Assembly (NCBI GenBank): GCA_964016885.1
Contig: OZ024743.1
Coordinates: forward strand, 204,786,001-204,850,000
Length of the DNA: 64,000 bases
Direction: 5' to 3'
Origin: Eledone cirrhosa
Taxonomy: Eukaryota
Position numbers and translations under genes: made by a program. Of this stretch, positions 28,871 through 42,204 are shown piece by piece. Under the pieces are notes generated by a model, which was given only the letters and a program-made list of their open reading frames with translations, searched no databases and was not told where the DNA came from. Every line of letters starts with the position of its first letter. The first letter of the stretch is position 1.

Positions 28871-29936
28871 ATATGTATGTTCTTAGTGTGGATGTGTGTA
28901 TATGTATGTATGTGTTTATATATGTGTGTATATTTATGTATGGATATGTGTGTGTCTATGTGTATATATATGTATGTTTTTTTATATATATATATGTGTG
29001 TGTGTGTGTATATATATATATGTATATATATATATGTATGTGTATATATGTGTATATATATATATATTTATTTTCTTGATATATTTCTTTTTTCTTTTTT
29101 CTTTTTTCTTTTTTCTGTTTTTCTTTCTATTCTTTCCTCTTTAATGTTTTATTTATTATATTTTATCTTTTTATTTTTCTTAGTTTATGGATACATTTAT
29201 AATAGGCAGTCTGCTCAGACAGTTGAATACTGACCCCTCCCCCCCCCTCCCACCTAATTTCTGTATCTTGATCTAAAAATGTGTGTGCCAGTGTTTTATG
29301 TGAGTGAATTAATATCCATGTGCTTATGACTTTATATCCACATATATAAATGTGAGTGGGGGTTTGTGTGTGTTTGTATGTTCGTGGTTATGTGTATATT
29401 TATGCATATACGCGCGTGTATGTGTGATTGTACGGATATGTGTGAGTATGAAAAAATATATTTATATACTTAACTTCATAAGTGTCAATACGCATCTTAT
29501 CTGCGCATTGTAAACTTACAGAGACATTAACCTTGAAATTTTGTATTTGCATCCATCCTTTTAGTATGCGTATACAAATTATACATACATTTTTGTAAAA
29601 TATGTGTAAGGGTTTTACATGTATATACACACACCGAACTGCATTTAACCCTTTGTGTTTTCATTGGTCAATTTTATTCCCAAACGGAACTGAAATTTTG
29701 AATTGTTGTTATTATCAATAAATATACTTCATTATTTCTGAAGACGGCGTATATATGTGTTTGGTATGTATATTTAATCTTGATAATTTGTATAATTTTG
29801 TATAATTTTGTACATAGTTCTGTTGAATATGCATACCAATTCTAACACATATATATCCTAGAAACGATCGTTAAATAATGAACTTTTTTTGTTTAATATA
29901 AGGAATTGTTTATTCATTATTTGTTTAATATTTTAT
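28864..29936 (+). repeat. Right arm of the giant inverted repeat (putative pLTR continuing into the tail)
   Basis: Ends ...cattatttgtttaatattttat, the reverse complement of ataaaatattaaacaaataatg at 27694. A ~100 bp CA/TA spacer (28764-28863) separates the arms. Confidence 0.97.
29728..29882 (+). ncRNA. Type I hammerhead ribozyme motif (right-arm copy, plus strand)
   Basis: Stem I: TTCATTATTT (29728-37) pairs perfectly with AAATAATGAA (29873-82). Core CTGAAGA (29738-44) and GAAA (29861-64). Stem III is C-GATC-G followed by T,T, giving a GUU triplet with predicted cleavage after 29872. Stem II is a long hairpin: TATATATGTGTT/AACACATATATA and TGGTATGTATATTTAA/TTGAATATGCATACCA. The base of stem II is imperfectly paired. 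Confidence 0.82.
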
Positions 29937-30070
29937 CTTGACTCTGTATACCGTTTATCTTTCACCGAAAGTGGTTTTTCATTACATCTCTTCTTTCCAT
30001 GATATCCGGAATACATTGAGTTCTTCATACGGATTGGACACTACCGTAAACTCTTGGTAGATTTATCTAC
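29937..30070 (+). other. Unique, higher-complexity 134 bp tail of the insertion; possibly the decayed 5' end of a PLE ORF
   Basis: Present only beyond the right arm. The stop-free frame 29929-30057 reads [43 protein letters not shown], with no ATG. The tail ends in a GTAGAT-TT-ATCTAC hairpin abutting (TA)n. Confidence 0.55.
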
Positions 30071-33000
30071 ATATATATATATATATATATTTAATACACA
30101 TATATATGTGTAAATATATATATACACATATATATGTGTAAATATATATATACACATATATATATACACATATATATGTGTAAATATATATATATACATA
30201 TATATGTATGTATATATATATATATATAAACACCATTAAAAACTCCATTGAAAAGCTCATAAAAACTCATTAAAAACCCAATAAAAAGCACACTAAACCA
30301 CCATTAAAAGCTACATCCGAAACCCATTAAAAACTATATTAAAACACCATTAAAATTCCATTAAAAACCACATTAAAATCCATTAAAAATCCAATTAAAA
30401 ACAGTAAAAACTTAATTGTAAACGTAATCGAAAGCGCAAGTAAAACAACATTAAAACCATTTAACACCCCATTAAAACCCACAAAAATACCACCAGAACC
30501 CATTAAAATCCCATAACCGCCATTAAAATTCCATTAAAAATATTATCAAAAACTTCATTTAAAACACACTGGAAACCCATTAAACTTCATAATTCTCGTT
30601 AAAAAAAATTCATTAAAAACTCAATCAAAAACCCAATTAAAAGGCCATAAAAGAAACATTAAAACAGCATTTAAAATACCATTAAAAACGCCATAAAAAA
30701 CATTAAAATCCCATTAAAAATACATTAAAGGCCCATTAAAAATTCCACTAAAAACCTCATTGAAAACCCCATTTAAAACCTAATTAGAAGCTCATAAAAA
30801 CTCCCAAAACCCAAAAAAACCATTAAAACGTCATTAAAACGTCATAAAACGCTATTAAAACGTCATTAAAAATGTCATTAAAAACTCCATTGATAACTCA
30901 ATTAAAAACTGCATTTTACCCCCCTCCTCCCCCATTAAAAACACATTAAACACTCCATTAAAATTACCATTAAAAACCAATTAAATACTCCATTAAACAC
31001 TATATTAAAACCGCAATTATAAATTCTTTAAAAATCCAATTAAAAACCATATTATAAACTCCATTAAAAATCCAATTAAAAACCCTACTGAAAATCCCAT
31101 TATAAAATTACATAAAAAGCCCATAATAATAGTCCTTAAAAAAAACAATTAAAAATCCTATTAAAACGCCATAAAAAACACCATTAAAACGTCATTAAAA
31201 ATACAATTGAAAACACCATTAAAAACTACATTGCAAATTCCATTAAAAGACCCATTAAAAACTCCATTAAAAACACCACTAAAAAGTCCATTAAAAAGCT
31301 CATAAAACCCATTAAAATACAATTAATAACCAATTAACACTCCATTAAAAACCATTACAACCGTCATTAAAATGCCATAAAATACCATTAAAACGCCATT
31401 AAGAACGCCATTAAAATCGTCATTAAAAACCTCATTAAAAACTACATTAAAACTTCATTAAAAACTCCATTAAAACCTCCATTATAAACTCTATTAAACT
31501 CCATTAAAAACTCAATTAAATCCCCCATTAAACCCCCATTAAGCCCCATTAAAAGCCCCTGAAAAATGCAACTAAAAACAAATTTTAAAACCCCATTAAA
31601 ACACAATTAAAAGTCCATTGGAAACCCCATTAAAATTCCATTAAAAATTCATTAAAAACTTAGTAAAAACTCGATTTTATACTCAATTAAAAAGGTAATT
31701 GAAAACTCAATTAGCACACCATTAAAAACTCATTAAAAAGCCCATAAAAACTCCATAAAAAATCTAATTGAAAAACATTAAAAATTCAGTTAAAAACCTG
31801 ATTGAAAACCCCAATAAAAGTTCATTAAAAAAACTCCATTAAAAAATCAATCAAAACCCCATTAAAATAACATTGAAACTTATCGAAGCGTCATTAAGGA
31901 TACCATTAAAAAACACCATTAAAACGGCATTGAAAACCCATTATAAAAAATTAAAGGGTCCGTAAAAAACACCATTATAAATCCATTAAAAACCTAATTG
32001 AAAAACCCATTAAAACTCAATTTTTAAACTAGATTAAAAACGCAATTAAAAACGCAATTAAAAGCTCAATGAAAAACCATTAAAAACACCATTAAAAACT
32101 CTAAAAAAAAGAGCACTAGCCATTAAAACTCCATTAAAACCCATTGAAACCTACTACCCCCATTAAACCCCATTAAAATTGCATTAAACACATTACACAT
32201 CCATTAAAGCCCATTAGAAGGACCATCAAATATTTAAATTTAAACTAAATCAGAAACTCGCTTAAAACACCATTAAAAACACATTAAAATGTCACTAATA
32301 CCATTAACAACCACACCAAAAACTCCATTAATATACCATTAAAAACCGCATTGAAAACCCATAAAATCCCAAGTAAAGATCTTTTAAAAAACTACATTAA
32401 AAACCCAATTAAAAAACCCATTAAAACGCCATAAAAGTCATTAAAACGTCATTTAAAGTACCATTAAAAACGTCACTAGAAACCCAATTAAAAACACATT
32501 AAAAATTCCATTTGAAACCATATTAAAAATTTCATTAAATGCAATATTGAAAAACCCATTAAAAACACCAGTGAAAACTCATATAAATACTCAATTAAAA
32601 AACCAATTAAAAATCCTATTTAAACGTCACTAAAACACCATAAAAAACACAATTAAAACGTCATTAAAACACCATTAAACTATCATTAAAAATTACATTG
32701 AAAACACCATTAAAATTCAATTAAAACCCCATTAAAAATCCATTAAAAAGATCATCATGAACGCACTTAAATACCATCAAAAACGCATTAAAAATTAAAT
32801 TAAAAAGCAATTAATTTTTTTTATCAAACCCCCATTAAAATTCCATTAAACACTCCATTAAAAACAACATTGAAAACCCCCATTAAAAGCTCATACAAAA
32901 TTATATTAAAAACCCAATAAAAAACAATTACAACGCCATTAAAACATCATAAAAACTCATTAAAATGTCATTTAAAATGCCATTAAAACCCTCACGGGGG

Positions 33001-35252
33001 GAAACGCAATTAAAAACACCATTAGAAATTTCATTAAAAACTCCATTAAAAATCATATTTAAAGTCAATTAGAACCCTTATTATAAATTCCATTAAAACC
33101 CATTAAGTATCCAATTGAAAAATCCATTAAGAGCTCATTAAAAATACTCCATTAAAAACCCAATTAAAAATCATTAAAACGCATTTAAACACCATAAAAA
33201 CACAATTAAAACGCCATTAAAAAGACCATTAAAAACTGCATTAAAACATCCTTGAATCTATTAAAAATTTCATTAAAAACGCAATCAAAAATTCCATTAA
33301 AAACCCATTTAAAAACTCATAAACAACACCATTGAAAACCCAATTAAAAACTCCATAAAAAACCCATCAAACACCATCGAAAATCCCATTAAAACACCAT
33401 TAAAAAGCCATTAAAACCCAATTTTAAACGCAATTAAAAACTGAATTAAAACACTATTAAAAGCTCATAAAAAAGGCTCATAAATAATGGGGTTTTCAAT
33501 TGTTTTTTATGAAATTTATAATATGGCTTTTAATGAACTTTTTAATGGGCTTTTAGTGGAGTTTTTAATGGATTTTTATGGAATTTTTAATGACATTATT
33601 AATGGTTTTTTTAATTGGGCTTTTTGTGATGTTTTAATGGCGTTTTTATGACATTTTATTGTGTTTTGTGGCGTTTTAATGGCGTTTTAATTGGTTTGTT
33701 ATTGGGTTTTTAATAGAGTTTTATGAACTTTTAATATGGGGTTAATGGGTTTTGAATGTGTTTTCAATGGAACTTTTAATTGAGTTTTTAATGAAATTTC
33801 TAATGGGATGTGTAATTGAATTTTTAATTGGTTTTTAATGGGTTTAGTGGGTTTATAGTGGAGTTTTTAATGGTGTTTTAATGGTGCTTCGATTGAGTTT
33901 TTAATTGAGTTTTTAATTGAGTTTTTACTGAGTTTTTAATTGAGTTCTTATTTTATTTTATTTTATTTATTTTTTATATTTAATTTTTTTTTATTTTTTT
34001 TTATTTTATTTTATTTTATTTTTATTTATTTTATTTTATTTTATTTTATTTTATTTATTTTATTTTATTTTATTTATATTTTTTAGTTTTTTTTATTTTA
34101 TTTTATTTTATTTTTTTATTTTCTTTTATTTTATTTTATTTTATTTTATTTTATTTTATTTTATTTTATTTTATTTTATTTTATTTTATTTTATTTTTTA
34201 TTTTATTTTATTTTATTTTATTTTATTTTATTTTATTTTATTTTATTTTATTTTATTTTATTTTATTTTATTTTATTTTATTTTATTTTATTTTATTTTA
34301 TTGAGTTTTTAATTTAGTTTATAATTTAGTTTATAACTTAGTTTATAATTTAGTTTATTTCTCCCTCTTCTCCCCCTACTGTCCCCTACAGCCAGATCTG
34401 CCTTTCTTTACCCCTCCCAAGTCTCTTCCCTCTTCTCCCCCTACTGTCCTCTACAGCCTGATCTGCCTTTCTTTACCCCTCCCTAGTCTCTTCATTATTC
34501 AGTTTTGTTTTTATCTTTCTAAAACATCCTAGTTTTAATGAAATTAAAAGGAAATAGCAATCGCTATAAGTGTGCAAGCCAGCATGTAACTTCATGTGTG
34601 TGTGTTTTTAATGGAGTTTTTAATTGAGTTTTAATGGAGTTTTAATTGAGTTTATAATGGAGATTTAAATGGAATTTTTAATTGAGTTTTAATGTAGTTT
34701 TAATGGTGTTTTATGCCGTTTTAATGGTATTTTAATGGGGTTTTTATTTGGTTTTTTATAAAGTTTTGGGTGCGCTTTTAATGGGGGTTTAATGGGTTTT
34801 CAGTGTAGTTTTTAATGACATTTTTAATGGTTTTCCAATGGAACCTTAGTGGTGTGTTAATGCAATTTTAATTGGTTTAATGGGCTTTTAATTGTGTTTT
34901 TAATGGTGTTTTAATTGAGTTTTTAATTGCGTTTTAATTGAGTTTTTATTTCGGTTTAAATTTGAGGTTTTAATGTCTTTTCGAGGGGGGGGGTTTAATG
35001 GGTGTTTTAATGGAGTTTTAATGGGGACTTTTAATGGAAACTTTAATTTTGTTTTAATTGGGTTTTTATGGGTTTCCAATGTGGTTTTTAATGGCGCTTT
35101 TATTGGCATTCTTAATGATGTTTTAATTGTGTTTTAATGGGGGGTTTGGTTGGGGTTTTAATGGAGTGTTTTATGAGCTTATAATGGGGTTTTTAATGGG
35201 TTTTTCAAAATAGATTTTTAATTGAATTTTTAATGTGGTTTTTAATGGGATT

Positions 35253-35311
<59 letters not shown>

Positions 35312-35374
35312 GTGTGTGTGTATATATATATATATAGTGTGTATGTATATATATATATATATATAGTGTGTGCG

Positions 35375-35406
<32 letters not shown>

Positions 35407-36003
35407 ACACAAATATTGGCATATACATATTTTCTTAGTAATTGAGGATGTGTTTTTTATACATACATATGCATATTGCATCCATACATACACACATACA
35501 AGCATATACATACACATACACACACATATATATACACACACTGTATATATATACATACACACACACACATATATATATATACACCACACACTATATATAT
35601 ATATAGTGTGTGTGTGTATATATATATGTGTGTGTGTGTGTATGTATATATATATATACAGTGTGTGTATATATGTGTGTGTGTATGTCTATGTATATGC
35701 TTGTATGTGTGTGTGTATGTATGTATGTATGCAATATGCATATGTATGTATAAAAACACATCCTCAATGACTAAGAAATTATGTATATGCTAATATTTGT
35801 GTTAGTGTCTATATAAATGTATGTATGTAGTATATGCAAGTGTTCGTGCAAATTGAAAATAGATTTAATAATTTTAATAATATCTAGAACAATGTGATCT
35901 AAAAAAAATATTTTTTAAGATACGAATATATCGTTGTCAGCTTAATATGGCACTAACGCAAAATATAAATCCCTGTTTATATATAGTGTGTAACATGAAA
36001 GTG

Positions 36004-36038
<35 letters not shown>

Positions 36039-36221
36039 ATATATATATATATATATATATTTAATATATATATATATATATATATATATTTAATATATAT
36101 ATATATATATATATATTTAATATATATATATATATATATATATTTAATATATATATATATATATATATTTAATATATATATATATATATATATATTTAAT
36201 ATATATATATATATATATATA

Positions 36222-36256
<35 letters not shown>

Positions 36257-36257
36257 A

Positions 36258-36295
<38 letters not shown>

Positions 36296-39200
36296 ATACA
36301 CATATATATGTGTAAATATATATATACACATATATATGTGTAAATATATATATACACATATATATATACACATATATATGTGTAAATATATATATATACA
36401 TATATATGTATGTATATATATATATATATAAACACCATTAAAAACTCCATTGAAAAGCTCATAAAAACTCATTAAAAACCCAATAAAAAGCACACTAAAC
36501 CACCATTAAAAGCTACATCCGAAACCCATTAAAAACTATATTAAAACACCATTAAAATTCCATTAAAAACCACATTAAAATCCATTAAAAATCCAATTAA
36601 AAACAGTAAAAACTTAATTGTAAACGTAATCGAAAGCGCAAGTAAAACAACACTAAAACCATTTAACACCCCATTAAAACCCACAAAAATACCACCAGAA
36701 CCCATTAAAATCCCATAACCGCCATTAAAATTCCATTAAAAATATTATCAAAAACTTCATTTAAAACACACTGGAAACCCATTAAACTTCATAATTCTCG
36801 TTAAAAAAAATCCATTAAAAACTCAATCAAAAACCCAATTAAAAGGCCATAAAAGAAACATTAAAACAGCATTTAAAATACCATTAAAAACGCCATAAAA
36901 AACATTAAAATCCCATTAAAAATACATTAAAGGCCCATTAAAAATTCCACTAAAAACCTCATTGAAAACCCCATTTAAAACCTAATTAGAAGCTCATAAA
37001 AACTCCCAAAACCCAATAAAAAAAGCATTAAAACGTCATTAAAACGTCATAAAACGCTATTAAAACGTCATTAAAAATGTCATTAAAAACTCCATTGATA
37101 ACTCAATTAAAAACTGCATTTTACCCCCTTCCTCCCCCATTAAACACTCCATTAAAATTACCATTAAAAACCAATTAAATACTCCATTAAACACTATATT
37201 AAAACCGCAATTATAAATTCTTTAAAAATCCAATTAAAAACCATATTATAAACTCCATTAAAAATCCAATTAAAAACCCTACTGAAAATCCCATTATAAA
37301 ATTACATAAAAAACCCATAATAATAGTCCTTTAAAAAACCAATTAAAAATCCTATTAAAACGCCATAAAAAACACCATTAAAACGTCATTAAAAATACAA
37401 TTGAAAACACCATTAAAAAATACATTGCAAATTCCATTAAAAGACCCATTAAAAACTCCATTAAAAACATCACTAAAAAGCCCATTAAAAAGCTCATAAA
37501 ACCCATTAAAATACAATTAATAACCAATTAACACTCCATTAAAAACCATTACAACCGTCATTAAAATGCCATAAAATACCATTAAAACGCCATTAAGAAC
37601 GCCATTAAAATCGTCATTAAAAACCTCATTAAAAACTACATTAAAACTTCATTAAAAACTCCATTAAAACCTCCATTATAAACTCTATTAAACTCCATTA
37701 AAAACTCAATTAAATCCCCCATTAAACCCCCATTAAGCCCCATTAAAAGCCCCTGAAAAATGCAAATAAAAACAAATTTTAAAACCCCATTAAAACACAA
37801 TTAAAAGTCCATTGGAAACCCCATTAAAATTCCATTAAAAATTCATTAAAAACTTAGTAAAAACTCGATTTTATACTCAATTAAAAAGGTAATTGAAAAC
37901 TCAATTAGCACACCATTAAAAACTCATTAAAAAGCCCATAAAAACTCCATAAAAAATCTAATTGAAAAACATTAAAAATTCAGTTAAAAACCTGATTGAA
38001 AACCCCAATAAAAGTTCATTAAAAAAACTCCATTAAAAAATCAATCAAAACCCCATTAAAATAAAATTGAAACTTATCGAAGCGTCATTAAGGATACCAT
38101 TAAAAAACACCATTAAAACGGCATTGAAAACCCATTATAAAAAATTAAAGGGTCCGTAAAAAACACCATTATAAATCCATTAAAAACCTAATTGAAAAAC
38201 CCATTAAAACTCAATGTTTAAACTAGATTAAAAACGCAATTAAAAACGCAATTAAAAGCTCAATGAAAAACCATTAAAAACACCATTAAAAACTCTAAAA
38301 AAAGAGCACTAGCCATTAAAACTCCATTAAAACCCATTGAAACATACTACCCCCATTAAACCCCATTAAAATTGCATTAAACACATTACACATCCATTAA
38401 AGCCCATTAGAAGGACCATCAAATATTTAAATTTAAACTAAATCAGAAACTCGCTTAAAACACCATTAAAAACACATTAAAATGTCACTAATACCATTAA
38501 CAACCACACCAAAAACTCCATTAATATACCATTAAAAACCGCATTGAAAACCCATAAAATCCCAAGTAAAGATCTTTTAAAAAACTACATTAAAAACCCA
38601 ATTAAAAAACCCATTAAAACGCCATAAAAGTCATTAAAACGTCATTTAAAGTACCATTAAAAACGTCACTAGAAACCCAATTAAAAATACATTAAAAATT
38701 CCATTTGAAACCATATTAAAAATTTCATTAAATGCAATATTGAAAAACCCATTAAAAACACCAGTGAAAACTCATATAAATACTCAATTAAAAAACCAAT
38801 TAAAAATCCTATTTAAACGTCACTAAAACACCATAAAAAACACAATTAAAACGTCATTAAAACACCATTAAACTATCATTAAAAATTACATTGAAAACAC
38901 CATTAAAATTCAATTAAAACCCCATTAAAAATCCATTAAAAAGATCATCATGAACGCACTTAAATACCATCAAAAACGCATTAAAAATTAAATTAAAAAG
39001 CAATTAATTTTTTTTATCAAACCCCCATTAAAATTCCATTAAACACTCCATTAAAAACAACATTGAAAACCCCCATTAAAAGCTCATACAAAATTATATT
39101 AAAAACCCAATAAAAAACAATTACAACGCCATTAAAACATCATAAAAACTCATTAAAATGTCATTTAAAATGCCATTAAAACCCTCACGGGGGGAAACGC

Positions 39201-41385
39201 AATTAAAAACACCATTAGAAATTTCATTAAAAACTCCATTAAAAATCATATTTAAAGTCAATTAGAACCCTTATTATAAATTCCATTAAAACCCATTAAG
39301 TATCCAATTGAAAAATCCATTAAGAGCTCATTAAAAATACTCCATTAAAAACCCAATTAAAAATCATTAAAACGCATTTAAACACCATAAAAACACAATT
39401 AAAACGCCATTAAAAAGACCATTAAAAACTCCATTAAAACATCCTTGAATCTATTAAAAATTTCATTAAAAACGCAATCAAAAATTCCATTAAAAACCCA
39501 TTTAAAAACTCATAAACAACACCATTGAAAACCCAATTAAAAACTCCATAAAAAACCCATTAAACACCATCGAAAATCACATTAAAATTCCATTAAAACA
39601 CCATTAAAAAGCCATTAAAACCCAATTTTAAACGCAATTAAAAACTGAATTAAAACACTATTAAAAACTCATAAAAAAGGCTCATAAATAATGGGGTTTT
39701 CAATTGTTTTTTATGAAATTTATAATATGGCTTTTAATGAACTTTTTAATGGGCTTTTAGTGGAGTTTTTAATGGATTTTTATGGAATTTTTAATGGCAT
39801 TATTAATGGTTTTTAATTGGGCTTTTTGTGATGTTTTAATGGCGTTTTTATGACATTTTATTGTGTTTTGTGGCGTTTTAATGGCGTTTTAATTGGTTTG
39901 TTATTGGGTTTTTAATAGAGTTTTATGAACTTTTAATATGGGGTTAATGGGTTTTGAATGTGTTTTCAATGGAACTTTTAATTGAGTTTTTAATGAAATT
40001 TCTAATGGGATGTGTAATTGAATTTTTAATTGGTTTTTAATGGGTTTAGTGGGTTTATAGTGGAGTTTTTAATGGTGTTTTAATGGTGCTTCGATTGAGT
40101 TTTTAATTGAGTTTTTAATTGAGTTTTTACTGAGTTTTTAATTGAGTTCTTATTTTATTTTATTTTATTTATTTTTTATATTTAATTTTTTTTTATTTTT
40201 TTTTATTTTATTTTATTTTTATTTTATTTTATTTTATTTTATTTTATTTATTTTATTTTATTTTATTTATATTTTTTAGTTTTTTTTATTTTATTTTATT
40301 TTTTTTTATTTTATTTTATTTTATTTTATTTTATTTTATTTTATTTTATTTTATTTTATTTTTTATTTTATTTTATTTTATTTTATTTTATTTTATTTTA
40401 TTTTATTTTATTTTATTTTATTTTATTTTATTTTATTGAGTTTTTAATTTAGTTTATAATTTACTTTATAACTTAGTTTATAATTTAGTTTATTTCTCCC
40501 TCTTCTCCCCCTACTGTCCTCTACAGCCAGATCTGCCTTTCTTTACCCCTCCCAAGTCTCTTCCCTCTTCTCCCCCTACTGTCCTCTACAGCCTGATCTG
40601 CCTTTCTTTACCCCTCCCTAGTCTCTTCATTATTCAGTTTTGTTTTTATCTTTCTAAAACATCCTAGTTTTAATGAAATTAAAAGGAAATAGCAATCGCT
40701 ATAAGTGTGCAAGCCAGCATGTAACTTCATGTGTGTGTGTTTTTAATGGAGTTTTTAATTGAGTTTTAATGGAGTTTTAATTGAGTTTATAATGGAGATT
40801 TAAATGGAATTTTTAATTGAGTTTTAATGTAGTTTTAATGGTGTTTTATGCCGTTTTAATGGTATTTTAATGGGGTTTTTATTTGGTTTTTTATAAAGTT
40901 TTGGGTGCGCTTTTAATGGGGGTTTAATGGGTTTTCAGTGTAGTTTTTAATGACATTTTTAATGGTTTTCCAATGGAACCTTAGTGGTGTGTTAATGCAA
41001 TTTTAATTGGTTTAATGGGCTTTTAATTGTGTTTCTAATGGTGTTTTAATTGGGTTTTTAATTGCGTTTTAATTGAGTTTTTATTTCGGTTTAAATTTGA
41101 GGTTTTAATGTCTTTTCGAGGGGGGGTTTAATGGGTGTTTTAATGGAGTTTTAATGGGGACTTTTAATGGAAACTTTAATTTTGTTTTAATTGGGTTTTT
41201 ATGGGTTTCCAATGTGGTTTTTAATGGCGCTTTTATTGGCATTCTTAATGATGTTTTAATTGTGTTTTAATGGGGGGTTTGGTTGGGGTTTTAATGGAGT
41301 GTTTTATGAGCTTATAATGGGGTTTTTAATGGGTTTTTCAAAATAGATTTTTAATTGAATTTTTAATGTGGTTTTTAATGGGATT

Positions 41386-41438
<53 letters not shown>

Positions 41439-41501
41439 GTGTGTGTGTATATATATATATATAGTGTGTATGTATATATATATATATATATAGTGTGTGC
41501 G

Positions 41502-41533
<32 letters not shown>

Positions 41534-42153
41534 ACACAAATATTAGCATATACATATTTTCTTAGTAATTGAGGATTTTTTTTTTATACATACATATGCA
41601 TATTGCATCCATACATACACACATACAAGCATATACATACACATACACACACATATATATACACACACTGTATATATATACATACACACACACACATATA
41701 TATATATACACCACACACTATATATATATATAGTGTGTGTGTGTATATATCATATGTGTGTGTGTGTGTATGTATATATATATATACAGTGTGTGTATAT
41801 ATGTGTGTGTGTATGTCTATGTATATGCTTGTATGTGTGTATGTATGTATGTATGCAATATGCATATGTATGTATAAAACACATCCTCAATGACTAAGAA
41901 ATTATGTATATGCTAATATTTGTGTTAGTGTCTATATAAATGTATGTATGTAGTATATGCAAGTGTTCGTGCAAATTGAAAATAGATTTAATAATTTTAA
42001 TAATATCTAGAACAATGTGATCTAAAAAAAATATTTTTTAAGATACGAATATATCGTTGTCAGCTTAATATGGCACTAACGCAAAATATAAATCCCAGTT
42101 TATATATAGTGTGTAACATGAAAGTGGAATATATATATATATATATATATATA

Positions 42154-42204
<51 letters not shown>

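Larger units (their letters stand above)
27694..30070. mobile_element. ~2.38 kb insertion in unit 5; probable non-autonomous Penelope-like retroelement (inverted pLTR pair plus one-sided tail, hammerhead ribozyme motifs)
   Basis: Absent from the other nine full units. It interrupts the tract tttaatatatg(TA)n...tttaatacacat, which resumes at 30071. It consists of two ~1.07 kb inverted arms and a 134 bp tail, and each arm has a type I hammerhead motif with a palindromic stem III, as known for PLE pLTRs. No RT or GIY-YIG ORF is present. The insertion itself is directly visible; the PLE assignment is inference. Confidence 0.78.

Noticed and set aside
29990-30030. Possible second hammerhead on the minus strand of the tail (ATGAAGA...GGAAA)
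   Set aside because: The core lacks the conserved C of CUGANGA and no convincing stems I-III flank it.
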